Shown here: positions 25,881 through 38,430 of the stretch, in pieces
How the letters are laid out: every line of letters begins with the position of its first letter
Numbering within the stretch: position 1 is the first letter of the stretch
Source of the DNA: Octopus bimaculoides
Lineage: Eukaryota
Assembly: GCF_001194135.2 (NCBI RefSeq)
Contig: NC_068986.1
Coordinates: 29,999,670 to 30,063,669 of the forward strand
Direction: 5' to 3'
Length of the DNA: 64,000 bases
Made by a program: the position numbers and the translations under genes
The notes under the pieces: model-generated
What the model was told of the DNA's origin: nothing
Database searches by the model: none
Seen by the model: only the letters and a program-made list of their open reading frames with translations

Positions 25881-26959
25881 AGATAATAAGAAGCAAAAGA
25901 AAAAGAAAAAAAAAAGTAAATGTGTGTCTCAGCCAAAATGATTTCACAATGTCAATAATTTATGTTTTTTTGTTTGTATAATCATCTCCTTTAAAATTTC
26001 CTCTTCTGCTGATTTTGGTTAAAGAGTTTTGTCTGGCATTATGACAAAACTGCAATTTAACAGTGTATATAGATCAGTGATCTTTGTATAATGAACATGT
26101 TATATAGTTAAGCATGAATAATCAAAAAGAAGCTTAACTGATTACTGGCCTCCCTAGCAGCAATCACTTTTAATTTTTTGAATGTGTGTGAAAATCTGTG
26201 CGTATGTATGTGTGTATTTGTGTGTGTGAGTGTGTGTGTGTGCACATGTGTGTGTGCATGCATGTATGTGTGTGTGTGTGTGTCCATATGTGTGCATGTA
26301 TGTGTGTGTAAGTGAGTGCTTCAACAGAAATAACCATGTTTGCGTAAATCCACAGGAACACCTCAGAACAGTTTGTTATTGTTTTTTAGATTAGACACGA
26401 AAATAATTCTGCAAAGAAAGTAGTACACAACCAATTGATTCAGCACCTGTGTATTGTTAGGGAGGAGGAGGAAGAGGAGAAGGATTAAAACAAAGTTAAC
26501 TCTCACCAGTGCTAAATATTTTAAAGATTCCAGTCTGTTCTGCTGTTTTCATCAACCCCAGTTAACTATCTTTTATGAATGAACAAAGGAGCTATTACAT
26601 GGCTGGTAGATTTGCTAGAAATAGAAGGCATCTCTCCTGCAATCACAACCTGCTATCTTGAAAAGTGAATTTTGTAATTATTAAGCGAACTTTAGGTTAC
26701 TTAAAAGATGTTTGTGACATATCTCTACTTCTAAAGGTGAATTCACTGCAGTTACGGTGGGGAAAAATTCTCTTTAGTGGTAAAAGGTGTAAAAACACCA
26801 TATCTAACCCAGTGTTGCCTTCTATCAGATTCCCAGATGAAGCGTTTAGCTTTCATAAATGGGAAATACATTGCTGGTGACAATGCAATTTGCATCATTT
26901 TGGCTTTCGAATGATGCCGCCCTGCTGGCTAGGTGAACAGACAAACCTTCCTCCCTGAT

Positions 26960-27107
26960 GGGGAAAACTAGTCCATCACAGCGTTACCCATTTACAGCTG
27001 AGTGGACTGTAGAAATTTGTGAAATGAAGTGTTTTGCTCAAGAACACAATGCATAGCTAGATCAAGGGTTCGATTCTCACACTAGCTACACTAGTGTGGG
27101 AATCGAA
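26960..27107 (-). mobile_element. SINE family E fragment ending in a fold-back
   Basis: CAGCTGAGTGGACTG..GAAATGAAGTGTTTTGCTCAAGAACACAA matches family E; 17-bp inverted repeat at 27069-27107. Confidence 0.65.
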
Positions 27108-27149
27108 TATACAGTATTTTCATTCTCATTCTCATAAATAGCTGGTCTC

Positions 27150-27430
27150 TCTCTCTCTTTCTCTCCCACCCACTCCCCTCCTCCCCCTTACTCCCTCTTC
27201 CCTCCTCTCTCTCACTCCCTCTTCTCTCCCCCTCTCTCTCACTCCCTCTTCTCTCCCCCTCTCTCTCACTCCCTCTTCTCTCCCCCTNNNNNNNNNNCTC
27301 CCCCTCTCTCTCACTCCCTCTTCTCTCCCCCTCTCTCTCACTCCCTCTTCTCTCCCCCTCTCTCTCACTCCCTCTTCTCTCTCACTCCCTCTTCTCTCCC
27401 CCTCTCTCTTCCTCTCTCCCTCTGCCCTCC
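27150..27430. repeat. CT-rich minisatellite, ~27-bp unit
   Basis: Unit CTCTCTCTCACTCCCTCTTCTCTCCCC repeated about 7 times (REEGVRERG period in the ORF track); small N gap inside. Confidence 0.9.
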
Positions 27431-28508
27431 TCTCTCTTTCATATTTATGACATTCTTGTTTATATTTAAAATGTGAATTTTCTAAATGGCAATACAATAC
27501 CTTTTGGCTGTGCTACATTGTCAAGCTTGAACAAATATCGAAAGAAAATTATCCAAGAAATATTATAATGATTGTGATATTCAATTTTCTGATGATAATG
27601 TCAAAACAGATTTCATTTGTTTACTTAGATTTAATTTGTTTTCCTCAAAATAAACATTTCTAATAAATAAATGGAGTAAAGAACAAATGAATGTTTGGAG
27701 TCAAACAGAATCTTTGAGCAACTTTCTTGAGAAAATCTTGGACAGTTTATCATAACAAGGAACTCTTTTGGTGAGGGACAGTATATTATTATTCATTTTT
27801 CAAATGATAGAAAACTGCAGAGTAAAAATTATTCAAAGGAAAAAAGAAGAAAATGAAAAAAAGGGACACCTAACAAACTTCAGATAAGACTAAAAAATAA
27901 TAACATCAACAACAACAAAACACTCTGCTGAAGAATCCCATGGGAAAACAAGGTTAAAATCCTTTTAGGATATCAGCCTTATCAGCTTCCTCCATTTAAA
28001 CATATTTGTTTTTTGTGTGAGACAGTTTTAGGGAGTCATTTGATGTGTGTGGTGTTTATAGGATTTTTAAAAGTGTTTCTCTTCTTAAAATAAACAGAAG
28101 TTGGAGCTGGGATTTTAGAAGCAGGTAGAGTATTCCACTATAGTTCAAATTAGGAATTAGGTCAAGGGATAAAGTGAGCAATTTTATTTGTTTTAGGGGT
28201 TCATCTTTATCATTTGTCCTTTGTTCAAGGCCACAGCTTAAGACAGGAATTTCATTGTGCAATTTCAAATGTTTGTCTTCTTTATAGAATATACTCTGTA
28301 AGAAATATTATGGCTGCTAAATTATATAGTCCTGGAATTCTAAACATCTAGTGTTCATTTTATCGTCAGCATCGATTTTTAAAGTTTTTTTTTTCTTTCC
28401 AAGCTAACATGGTTGTATTGAGACCCCTGTACAACAAACATATTACCAACAGTCTCAATTTTTCATCAGCCCTTCTGTGAAATTTTATGGCTTGGGATGT
28501 GACCCTCT

Positions 28509-28700
28509 CACCCTTCCACTACTTCTTTCCCACATCTTCCTCGCCCTTCTACTACTTCTTTCCCACATCTTCCTCACCCTTCTACTACTTCTTTCCCACA
28601 TCTTCCTCACCCTTCCACTACTTCTTTCCTACATCTTCCTCACCCTTCCACTACTTCTTTCCCACATCTTCCTCACCCTTCTACTACTTCTTTCCCACAT
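28509..28700. repeat. 33-bp minisatellite, ~6 copies
   Basis: Unit CACCCTTCYACTACTTCTTTCCCACATCTTCCT; gives 11-aa periodic spurious ORFs. Confidence 0.92.
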
Positions 28701-29039
28701 TTTCCAGTCTTCCACTTGGGTTGTCAGCACCTTCCACAGACAGCGCATGTTTCTATCCCACAACCCCCGCTTCAACCATTTATTTGGATTGTTCATTCAT
28801 ATCAAAGTAGTTATTCACTTGCACACTTCAACCAATATCTTTAAATCCTTTTAAACCCCAGGGATTCTTTCAGATCATATATTCTCAGCCTCTCGTGTAG
28901 GCCAAAGCCTTCCAAATTTTCACTTTGGTGATGTACTTTTTAAAAATAACATTTTTATGACATTATGAAACCATCATCCATCTCTTCTTCACGTTTTCCG
29001 GGTTTGACCTAAAATACAACTGCTCTTGTAGTCTTCTTG

Positions 29040-29871
29040 CACAGCCATGCTACATGGCAGTGAAACATGGGCTGTGACTGCTGAGGACATGCGTAAGCTC
29101 GCAAGGAATGAAGCCAGTATGCTCCGCTGGATGTGTAATGTCAATGTGCATACCCGTCAGAGTGTAAGTATCTTGAGAGAAAAGCTGAACATAAGAAGCA
29201 TCAGTTGTGGTGTGCAAGAGAGACGATTGCGCTGGTTTGGACATGTGGTGAGAATGAATGGGGATAGCTGCGTGAAAAAGTGCCACACCCTAACAGTTGA
29301 GGGAACCCGTGGAAGAGGTAGGCCCAGGAAGACCTGGGCTGAGGTGGTGAGGCAAGACCTACGAACATTGGGCCTNNNNNNNNNNNNNNNNNNNNNNNNN
29401 NNNNNNNNNNNNNNNNNNNNNNNNNNNNNNNNNNNNNNNNNNNNNNNNNNNNNNNNNNNNNNNNNNNNNNNNNNNNNNNNNNNNNNNNNNNNNNNNNNNN
29501 NNNNNNNNNNNNNNNNNNNNNNNNNNNNNNNNNNNNNNNNNNNNNNNNNNNNNNNNNNNNNNNTACCGCCTGACTGGCCTTTGTAGGGTTTTCGAGCGAG
29601 ATCGTTGCCAATGCCCCTGGACTGGCTCTTGTCCGGGTGGCACATAAAAGACACCATTTCGAGCGTGGCCGTTTTCATGTTGGTGACACGTAAAAGCACC
29701 CACTACACTCTCTGAGTGGTTGGCGTTAGGAAGGGCATCCAGCTGTAGAAACTCTGCCAAATTAGATTGGAGCCTGGTGTTGCCATCCGGTTTCACCAGT
29801 CCTCAATCAAATCGTCCAACCCATGCTAGCATGGAAAGTGGACGTTAAACGATGATGATGATGATGATGAT
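29040..29871 (+). mobile_element. 5'-truncated RTE-clade LINE
   Basis: ORF C-terminal region, N gap 29376-29563, then the family C 3' UTR and (GAT)n tail; continuity across the gap is inferred. Confidence 0.85.
29047..29375 (+). pseudogene. RTE reverse transcriptase ORF C-terminal region, frame open up to the gap
   Basis: LHGSETW..EASMLRWMC..RRLRWFGHVVRM..EGTRGRGRPRKTWAEVVRQDL are diagnostic RTE-clade motifs. Confidence 0.93.
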
Positions 29872-30344
29872 GAAGCACCACAGAGATTAATTACAAAACT
29901 TAATTGGCTTATCATGCCTTGATTATTGGGTTCACCTCAAAATGCTGATACTCTATTGTCTCCAGTGCCACTGTGAGTGCTATATTATTTGTACAATGTG
30001 GAAAATAGTCCACCAATATTATCCACATGATGTCAGTATCAAGTTTATGAGTCACCCAAGGCCAGGCCTCTGTGCCATACATCAACAAAAGTTGAGTTCA
30101 CATCACATAAGAACATTGCAACATAACTTCTTTTTTTCTTTTTTTTTTTTTAACCTCAAACGGTCTTGTTTTATTCAGCATTATTCCAAAAGTAATTCAA
30201 GTAGAAAAAGACCTCACAACATTCAAACAGTACCTGGATAAATTCCTCCAAGAAGTACCAGACAAACCGGCAGCATCTGGATATATCTCAGGCAACAACA
30301 ACTCTTTGCTTGAGGTGTCTATAGTGTCCCAAAACATGACTTAA
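29872..30344 (+). pseudogene. Decayed CR1-group LINE ORF2 C-terminus
   Basis: With two frameshifts reads EAPQRLITKL..LDYWVHLKMLILYCLQCHCECYIICTMWKI..RTLQHNFF..GLVLFSIIPK..FKQYLDKFLQEVPDKP..GNNNSLLE..*, matching the CR1-type pattern LYSLQRRRERY..WKI..GPxLFN..LDKFL..PDxP..NSL. Confidence 0.8.
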
Positions 30345-30484
30345 AAGACCTTTCCAGGTGGTGTTGTTAAGTTAGTCATCATAGCCTTGGCTGATAATGA
30401 CTGACACCAATCTAAGTTATCGAAGTAAGTGAAGTTAAATGTCACCAGTCCATGTGCTTATTTGTATGCATAGTTGCCAGGCCT

Positions 30485-30531
<47 letters not shown>

Positions 30532-30759
30532 TTCATTTTTATAATATATATATTTTTAATATATATATACTTATTTGTAAAATATATATATACTTCATTT
30601 TTGTAAAAATTGAACAGATTTAATTATATTACATGACACACCTATAGATAATTGGTGATACATTAAAGTGTTGTGTCACACAGTTTGGAAATCTCTGATG
30701 CAGGATAATAATACATATTCAAAGGATCATATCTCAGTGCTTGCCAATTCCCTTAGATA

Positions 30760-31220
30760 TTCCACAAGCCTACTCTTTACATGAAGAGCAGTCTGCTTTG
30801 TTGCCAGTCAATGTAACAACTCCCTAAACTCCTTCCAACTTGTTCTTATTCTAGCTACAGTATATACACCACAGTTGCTTATTGCACTAGTTAGACCACC
30901 TAGTTACTAAGCCATAAACCACTTCTGTGACATTCTTGGACTTCATTTTATGATGCTTCTATTGCTGAATACTCCAGTACATCTATTAAATCTGATGACC
31001 TGGTTCTCTATCACTCTACTAGAGATTCCATTGTATCTTATGTGTGCCCCTTGCTAGTAAGTAAGTATTATGTATCAAATTTCTATCAGACCTCTTTCTA
31101 CATATTAAAGGGAGCCACTTTTCAAATATCACTGGAATCTCATACTCTCTGTCATCAGCATAGAAGTCTTTGTCTTGATGATTTTTAAGTCTCTTAACTC
31201 TATACTATGCTTGAAGGTTT
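30760..31220 (-). pseudogene. Old RTE reverse transcriptase fragment
   Basis: Minus-strand pieces KWLPLICRK, THK and ARIRTSWKEFRELL..ALHVKSRL resemble RTE KWPCxICRKG..ARIRxAWxKFRELL..LRVKGRL. Confidence 0.55.
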
Positions 31221-31960
31221 TGAACTTTGTAAACATTTTAACAAATTGTTTTGCAAGTTATGTTGTCAACATATTAAAGGTCTCTGCAAGCTTGGCTGTC
31301 TGGCTAAGAAGTTCACAATGCAAGTATATAGTTTTTGGGTTCAGTCCCACTGCATGACACCTATAGTCTTAGAGTAACCAATGCTTTGGAATTTGGTAGA
31401 AGGAAATTGTGTGAAAGCTTGTCATATATATATGTGTATGTATATATAAATAATGGAAACATTAGCAAGAAAACCAATGCATTGTTTTCAAACGAAATAC
31501 CTTCTGGTATTTGTTCTGCCTGAATTGCACAAATGCTCCCTTGTTACTCTTGCCATTGTAAATGCAGTGAACCTATGATTGGTTCACTGAAAACATGTAA
31601 CCAACAATTTCTTGTACACTAAATTCCTTATGAAACTCATCGCCAATTCTGAGCTTGCAAACAGCAAATTTATCAACAAGCCATTTATCAACACTTAATT
31701 TCTTTAATGTCCTCCAACAAATATGCTTTCTTCAGGTCAGCACAAGCAAAATGTTAGGTCCAGAGAAGTCCCTTCCTCTGGACCTAATAAATGCAAAAGA
31801 AAAAAAAAAAAAGAGCAGTCTTCATTAGAGGTTGAGAAAATATTATCAGTGGAAAATTAATTCTTAACTTAGAAGTTGACAATGTATTATATTTACCCAA
31901 CACCTACTTTGCTTTGCTGTAATAGTACTATGTAGAAGCTTTTGTTTACATCCAGATATA

Positions 31961-32182
31961 TACGAGGGAGTGTTGAAAGGTTTCTGGATTTAAGAGTATC
32001 ATGAAAGGCCTGGTTGAAGGCCCAACCTTCTGGATTCTTTTACAGGGCGTAGAAAAAATGAAGGCCATTACAATAAGTGTGTTAATTTGAGGGGGGGGGA
32101 TATGTTGAATACAATCACAAATAACTGGTCCTCCTGTATTTTCTTTTACCCAAAGTCAGGAAATTTTCAGCACACCCTTATA
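31961..32182 (+). mobile_element. Mariner-derived MITE
   Basis: ~31-bp imperfect TIRs TACGAGGGAGTGTTGAAAGGTTTCTGGATTT / AAAGTCAGGAAATTTTCAGCACACCCTTATA, TA flanks, internal remnant NKCVNLRGGYVE like the mariner transposase end KCVxxxGxYVE. Confidence 0.8.
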
Positions 32183-32578
32183 TAATTTATCAAAAACATC
32201 CCAGTTATTATCACCATCCTACTTTTCTCTGTATCTGTGACTGGGCTGTTCAATGTATCCTTCCATTTAAAACACAACTGGGTGTGATATGAAGGAGAGT
32301 TGGCTGCTATTTGTATTATAGTTTAGGCCTAAGTCAAGTCTGATCCAGCAAACGTATTATCGAAGACTTCCATTTGTAGCCATCCCATTTTTTAATGTCT
32401 ATGACTTCACAGTCCAATGTGTCATCCCCTTCTTTTTTTTTACATTTATAGTGAAATTTGGGAGGAATTTAGCTGCTGTTGTTACTAGGTTGAGGAGTGA
32501 CACCATTGAGACAAAATAATATACCATCTTTGTCCAATATAGTGTACATTTCTCTTGTTTGATATTTCTATGATAGGT

Positions 32579-32790
32579 AGGATGGTGAGCTGGCAGAATC
32601 ATTGGCATGCTGGACAAAGTGCTCAGTGGCATTTTGTATTTTACATTCTGAGTTCTAATTCTACCGAAATCAACTTTGCCTTTCATCCTTTCAGGGTCGA
32701 TAAAATAAGTTCCAGTTGAACACTGGGGTTGATGTAATCACCTTACTCATCCACTACAATTACTGACCCTGTGCTAAAATTTGAAACCAA
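32579..32790 (+). mobile_element. SINE family A
   Basis: GGTGAGCTGGCAGAATC head, CTTTGCCTTTCATCCTTTCAGGGTCGATAAAATAAG centre. Confidence 0.85.
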
Positions 32791-33014
32791 TGTTTCTTTG
32801 ACAGCTGGAAAATAGGGGGCCAAGATAAGCCAACTTTGTGTTTGGGAGTTCAAAATACTATTCTTCAAAGAATTCACAAGAACCACATACTGAAACCATT
32901 TAACTGATGTTAACTTAACAATATGGATGCAAAAATAGTTCTGAAAGAAGGAGATTCCTTGGAAAATTACTATTTTAAAATCTCACAACGTGTGATATTC
33001 AGCAACAGTACTTT

Positions 33015-33481
33015 GTAGTAAAGATTGTTTGCCAACATAACATGGCAGTCCTGGTTTAGGACTAATGTTGCTGTAATTTAGCCCCAGGAGACATCGTCTC
33101 CAGCTGGCTATACGACATGATCTGTGTCCTTATATTTTCGAATAATATCTCACGTTGGGAGATTTAAAAATAGTAATTTTCTAATTTATAAATCAGTGAG
33201 TAGTTGTCACTTTGAAAACTATATATTTCGAATGAGAATTTGGCAGCGCCACCTCTAGCCGAACAATTAATCTGTATTGATGAAGAGAAATAACCCAGAA
33301 ATTGCGATACACAGATATTGTTTTGTGCTGAGTGGGGATGCTAGATTCCCTGTTCGAAAATATAAGGACACAGACCGTATCGTATAGCCAGCTGGAGACG
33401 ATGTCTCCTGAGGGCTAAATTATAGCAACATTAGTCCTAAACCAGAACTGCCATGTTATGTTGGCAAACAATCTTTACTAC
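33015..33481. mobile_element. Foldback / long-TIR non-autonomous DNA element
   Basis: Arms 33015-33142 and 33353-33481 are reverse complements (5 substitutions and 1 indel by my count, ~95%); ~210-bp spacer; no clear TSD. Confidence 0.85.
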
Positions 33482-34637
33482 GAGATTCCTTGGGTAGAAA
33501 AAAAAAATGAACTCAAAGACTTTGAATTATTGATTTGGTTTCCACAATGTTTTTGTTTATATGTTTATACTTAATTTACTTACAAACATAAGACAGATTA
33601 ACGATAACGAGTCTCCCTAGATAGTTTGAATCTGAAATTGTATCTTATCTCCAGACATACACGAATACACACGCACACACACACACCCATACACACACAT
33701 GCAAATCTGTCTCTTTCTCTCCATATACATATCCATANNNNNNNNNNNNNNNNNNNNNNNNNNNNNNNNNNNNNNNNNNNNNNNNNNNNNNNNNNNNNNN
33801 NNNNNNNNNNNNNNNNNNNNNNNNNNNNNNNNNNNNNNNNNNNNNNNNNNNNNNNNNNNNNNNNNNNNNNNNNNNNNNNNNNNNNNNNNNNNNNNNNNNN
33901 NNNNNNNNNNNNNNNNNNNNNNNNNNNNNNNNNNNNNNNNNNNNNNNNNNNNNNNNNNNNNNNNNNNNNNNNNNNNNNNNNNNNNNNNNNNNNNNNNNNN
34001 NNNNNNNNNNNNNNNNNNNNNNNNNNNNNNNNNNNNNNNNNNNNNNNNNNNNNNNNNNNNNNNNNNNNNNNNNNNNNNNNNNNNNNNNNNNNNNNNNNNN
34101 NNNNNNNNNNNNNNNNNNNNNNNNNNNNNNNNNNNNNNNNNNNNNNNNNNNNNNNNNNNNNNNNNNNNNNNNNNNNNNNNNNNNNNNNNNNNNNNNNNNN
34201 NNNNNNNNNNNNNNNNNNNNNNNNNNNNNNNNNNNNNNNNNNNNNNNNNNNNNNNNNNNNNNNNNNNNNNNNNNNNNNNNNNNNNNNNNNNNNNNNNNNN
34301 NNNNNNNNNNNNNNNNNNNNNNNNNNNNNNNNNNNNNNNNNNNNNNNNNNNNNNNNNNNNNNNNNNNNNNNNNNNNNNNNNNNNNNNNNNNNNNNNNNNN
34401 NNNNNNNNNNNNNNNNNNNNNNNNNNNNNNNNNNNNNNNNNNNNNNNNNNNNNNNNNNNNNNNNNNNNNNNNNNNNNNNNNNNNNNNNNNNNNNNNNNNN
34501 NNNNNNNNNNNNNNNNNNNNNNNNNNNNNNNNNNNNNNNNNNNNNNNNNNNNNNNNNNNNNNNNNNNNNNNNNNNNNNNNNNNNNNNNNNNNNNNNNNNN
34601 NNNNNNNNNNNNNNNNNNNNNNNNNNNNNNNNNNNNN

Positions 34638-34690
<53 letters not shown>

Positions 34691-35335
34691 CATATATACA
34701 CATATATATATATATATGTATATATATTATTTGTGTTTTCGTGTGTGACATAACTATGAGCATATGTATAGTGTGATCTATAAATGCATAGCTACATGTG
34801 GTTATTACCATTGCTTATACCAGATTGTGCAGGAATGTGTCTTACTGAGATTATCATCAACAAAAATAGAAATTCTTTGTGTACATACTTTCTTGAGCAT
34901 GATTTCTGCTTTCTAAATGTTTCTTTTCATTTATCTGGTCTTTGTTTTTTAGTTTATTTTTAATTTTTTATTTTATTTCCATTTGAAATTGTCGTGCTTT
35001 GTATGTAACACTACTCCAGTTTTTCTAGTAAAGACTGACTCTACACATTGTAATACAACACAGCGGTGGAATGGCTAAGGTGTTGGGCTTTGATAAAAGT
35101 CACGGCAGGATTGTTTGCATGCTGAACCGATGCAGGTACAATGCAGGTACAATGGCTAGCAATGGTTAGAGTACTAGTTTACTGACTAAAGTCTTGGCAG
35201 AATTGTTGGAGTGTTGGTAGATTTGCCATTCTCTTATTTGTTGCTCTGGACTACATTAGTCCCCTTAGCTCTCTAGATCCCTTTAAAATTAAGATTTCAT
35301 TGTAGTAAAGTGAGTGAGATTAGTAGGGTTTCAAA

Positions 35336-35697
35336 TTGGTTTCAAATCCTGGTACAAGGCCAGCAATTTTGGGGAAGGGATTAAGTCAATTACATCAACC
35401 CCAGTACTCAACTGGTACTTATTTCATTGAGTCTGAAAGGATGAAAGGTAAGGTGGACTTCAGTGGAATTTGAACTCAGAATATAGAGATGGACAAAATG
35501 TCACTGAGCACTTTGTCCAACATGCTTATGATTCTTTTCTACTATAGGCACAAGGCCTGAAATTTTGGGGAGGAGGATAGTTGATTACATCGACCCCAGT
35601 ACATAACTAGTACTTAGTTTATCAACCCTGAAAGGATGAAAGACAAATTTGACCTCTGCAGAACTCAGAACATAGTGGCAGACAAAATACCACTCAA
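35336..35697 (-). mobile_element. Two head-to-tail SINE family A copies
   Basis: Two units (about 35336-35530 and 35536-35697), each with ACAAGGCC, CCCCAGTAC..TACTTA and GAAAGGATGAAAG. Confidence 0.85.
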
Positions 35698-35699
35698 GA

Positions 35700-35818
35700 T
35701 TTTGGTTGGCCTGAGGCTATAGTAGAAGACACTTGCCCAAAGTGCCATGCAGTGGGAATGAACCCAGAACCATGTGGTTGGTAAGCAAGCTACTTACCAC
35801 ACAGCCACTCCTGCACCT
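35700..35818 (-). mobile_element. SINE family B head fragment
   Basis: GAGGCTATAGTAGAAGACACTTGCCCAAAGTGCC..TTACCACACAGCCACTCCTGCACC. Confidence 0.85.
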
Positions 35819-36037
35819 ATGTGATAATTTTAGAAAGTTGATTGGTAGTTTTATAAACACCTTCTTGTCACCTGCTTCTACCTTGTGTAATATATACCAC
35901 CATATTCTTTAAACTTGTAATTACAATGGAATATTTTGGTTCTCTAATCATATCAAACTCCCTACATTTACATCTTCGACAGGCTTATTTAGACTACGAG
36001 TGCATTCCTTTTTCATTGAATGAACTACCATCATCAC

Positions 36038-36079
<42 letters not shown>

Positions 36080-36362
36080 AGTTAGGTCACACACAAACGA
36101 TCATCACCATCATTAGTTTTACATTATCTTTTCTATGTTGGGTTGGCCTGGACAGTTATTTTCAAGGCAATGTTTTATGATTGAATGCTGTTCCTAGAGT
36201 CAACATTTTAAGCTGCCTCACATTACAAGCAGGGATACGCACAATATACTGGGATAAACACAATATATGCACACTCATTAAAGAAATACACTTAAAATAC
36301 TTTGCTGTTCCTACTACTAACGACAACAACAACAACAAAAAGCAAAAACACTGGATTCTAGC

Positions 36363-36441
36363 ATACTGCTGACATGTGAACACTGCTGACATGTGAACAC
36401 TCGCATAGTGCTGACATGTGAAACAGTACAACTGTTGTACA
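36363..36441. repeat. Short tandem triplication plus palindrome
   Basis: TGCTGACATGTGAA occurs three times; followed by GTACAAC-T-GTTGTAC. Confidence 0.8.
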
Positions 36442-36499
36442 TGCATGCTCGAGTAACCACAGATGTACTGTTCCTCTTACTTCTAGTGTTGCAGTGGTT

Positions 36500-36660
36500 T
36501 GTTCCTCCAAACTAGCAAGCTGCATACCACTCCTGTCCAAGCCCATCCAATATACTTGCCTCTGCCTCTCTTGTTGTGCCTCCAGTCTTTTACCATTTAA
36601 AGTTTTCATTAAACACTTTGCCAGTTCCTTTATTCTCAAAATTACAACTTATTCCTGGCA
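36500..36660 (-). pseudogene. Possible very old RTE C-terminal fragment
   Basis: MRIKELAKCLMKTLNGKRLEAQQERQRQVYWMGL weakly resembles RTE GKxEGKRxRGRQRxxYxDGL. Confidence 0.3.
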
Positions 36661-37865
36661 CACTTTGTCCCTACAAGCACAAACCAGCAAAATCTCAGGA
36701 AGTGGGTACCAGCTATACATGTCTGAGGGTATTGTTCCCTTCTCATTCAGCTAATCAATAAAATTAAAACATCTGAATCTAGTGATCAACTACATCCTTC
36801 TTTGATACACAAATGACATTTGAATTGCTCAGCATAAAGTTCTACCTCATGATTTCCAATATGATGTAAATAAAATCTACTCAACATAGAAGTTAGATGT
36901 TGGAAAATACTTGCGCATGCCATTCTTCTGAAACAACGAAGTATAGTTTTGAAAGATTTATTTCATTTAATCTCAATGCAATTAGCTGAAATGAAAATAG
37001 CAAATGTGAAAGGAATAATGTATATCTCACATTTGCCATTTTCATTTTAATCACTCTAGAACAAATATAAAGAACTAAAACTTTTTCATTTCAAATACCC
37101 ATGGACAAAAATAAAAAATTAAAAAAAAAAACTCTAACACAAAAAAGAATCAAGAGGACACAAAACTTCTTTGATAAATAAAGTAAACAATTATACTATT
37201 ATAAACAATTACACTACTATGCTGCCAAAATTACAATGATTAATAATGCATTTAAAGTAATTTAAAAGGTTAGCTCAGGTTGGATATGATGTGATTAATA
37301 TATGCTTAAATGAGTTTACTTCCTGTTTTTCTTGGGCACGTTTTGTCTTTGTATTCTTATTTATTTCAAATTAATTCTCCTACCTAAAGTTGTTAAATTG
37401 TGATTCATAGTTAACTGAAAGGTGCAGTCAAAATTGATACTTAGTGGCATTGTCAATCAGTATGTTTTAAAGTTGCTACAAGTTCTTGACATGACTATTA
37501 TTCATTTAGCTTTGGTATGTATTTTCTACTAAGACAGACTACAATAAATAGAGAAATACTCTTTGTCTAAGAATTTTAACTACCAAGCTATTTTATTTCA
37601 TATACTAGTGTAAAATTTAAGCAATTTTCTATCAGCTAATCCTGCTTGATGTAATTTCATTACTGAGGACAGGCTCCATTTCTTTATGGTTGAGTGGTTA
37701 AATGCTGGAATGGTATCCAATATTTGTTCATAGTTGGAGCAAGCTTAAAAAATACTTGTTCTAATGATATGCAGGCAGTCATGTTTGCCAAAATCATTCT
37801 TCCAATGTAAATTCTATATTCCAACTTCTAAAGGGATGTACAGAAGAGAATCTGCTTTTACAATT

Positions 37866-37877
37866 ATTATCATCGTT

Positions 37878-37922
<45 letters not shown>

Positions 37923-37926
37923 GTCG

Positions 37927-38014
<88 letters not shown>

Positions 38015-38017
38015 TAT
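37866..38017. repeat. Long (ATC)n microsatellite (~45 units)
   Basis: Directly visible; abuts the SINE A at 38025. Confidence 0.95.
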
Positions 38018-38024
38018 TATTTAT

Positions 38025-38430
38025 AAGGCAGCAAGCTGGCAGAATTGTTAGCATGTTGGGTGAAATGCTAAGCAGTATTTCACCCACCACTATGTTCTGG
38101 GTTTCAAATTCCACCAAGGTCGACTTTGCCTTTCATCCTTTTGGGGTCAATTAATTAAGTACCAGTCGAGTACTGGGGTCATTGTGATCGACTTCACCCT
38201 TCCCCCCAAATTTCAGGCCTTGTGCCTACAGTACAAAGGATTATTATTATTATTATTATTATTATTATTGTTATTATTATTTTTATTATTATTATTATTT
38301 ATCTAACGGCTGTGGCCTGGCAGAATGTTTAGAGCATCAGACAAAATGCCTTCTAGTATTTGTTCTGGCTCTTTACATTCTGTGTTCAAATCCTAATACT
38401 GTCAGCTTTGACATTCATCCTTTTAGATGA
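38025..38430 (+). mobile_element. SINE family A with (ATT)n tail followed by a second partial copy
   Basis: AAGGCAGCAAGCTGGCAGAA..GGTCGACTTTGCC..AAATTTCAGGCCTTGTGCCTACAGTACAAAGG(ATT)n, then a new head at about 38306. Confidence 0.85.

Noticed and set aside
31150-31170. Minus-strand FYADD as an RT catalytic motif
   Set aside because: It lies downstream of where YADD should be relative to neighbouring RTE motifs and in a different frame; probably coincidental.
32948-33493. GAGATTCCTTGG at 32948 and 33482 as the TSD of the foldback element
   Set aside because: The left copy lies about 55 bp from the TIR, so it is not a junctional duplication.
37764-38117. Poly-D/M/I, poly-E/K/R and (CV)n/(HT)n/(IY)n ORFs here and throughout
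   Set aside because: They are translations of microsatellites, with no splice or codon evidence.
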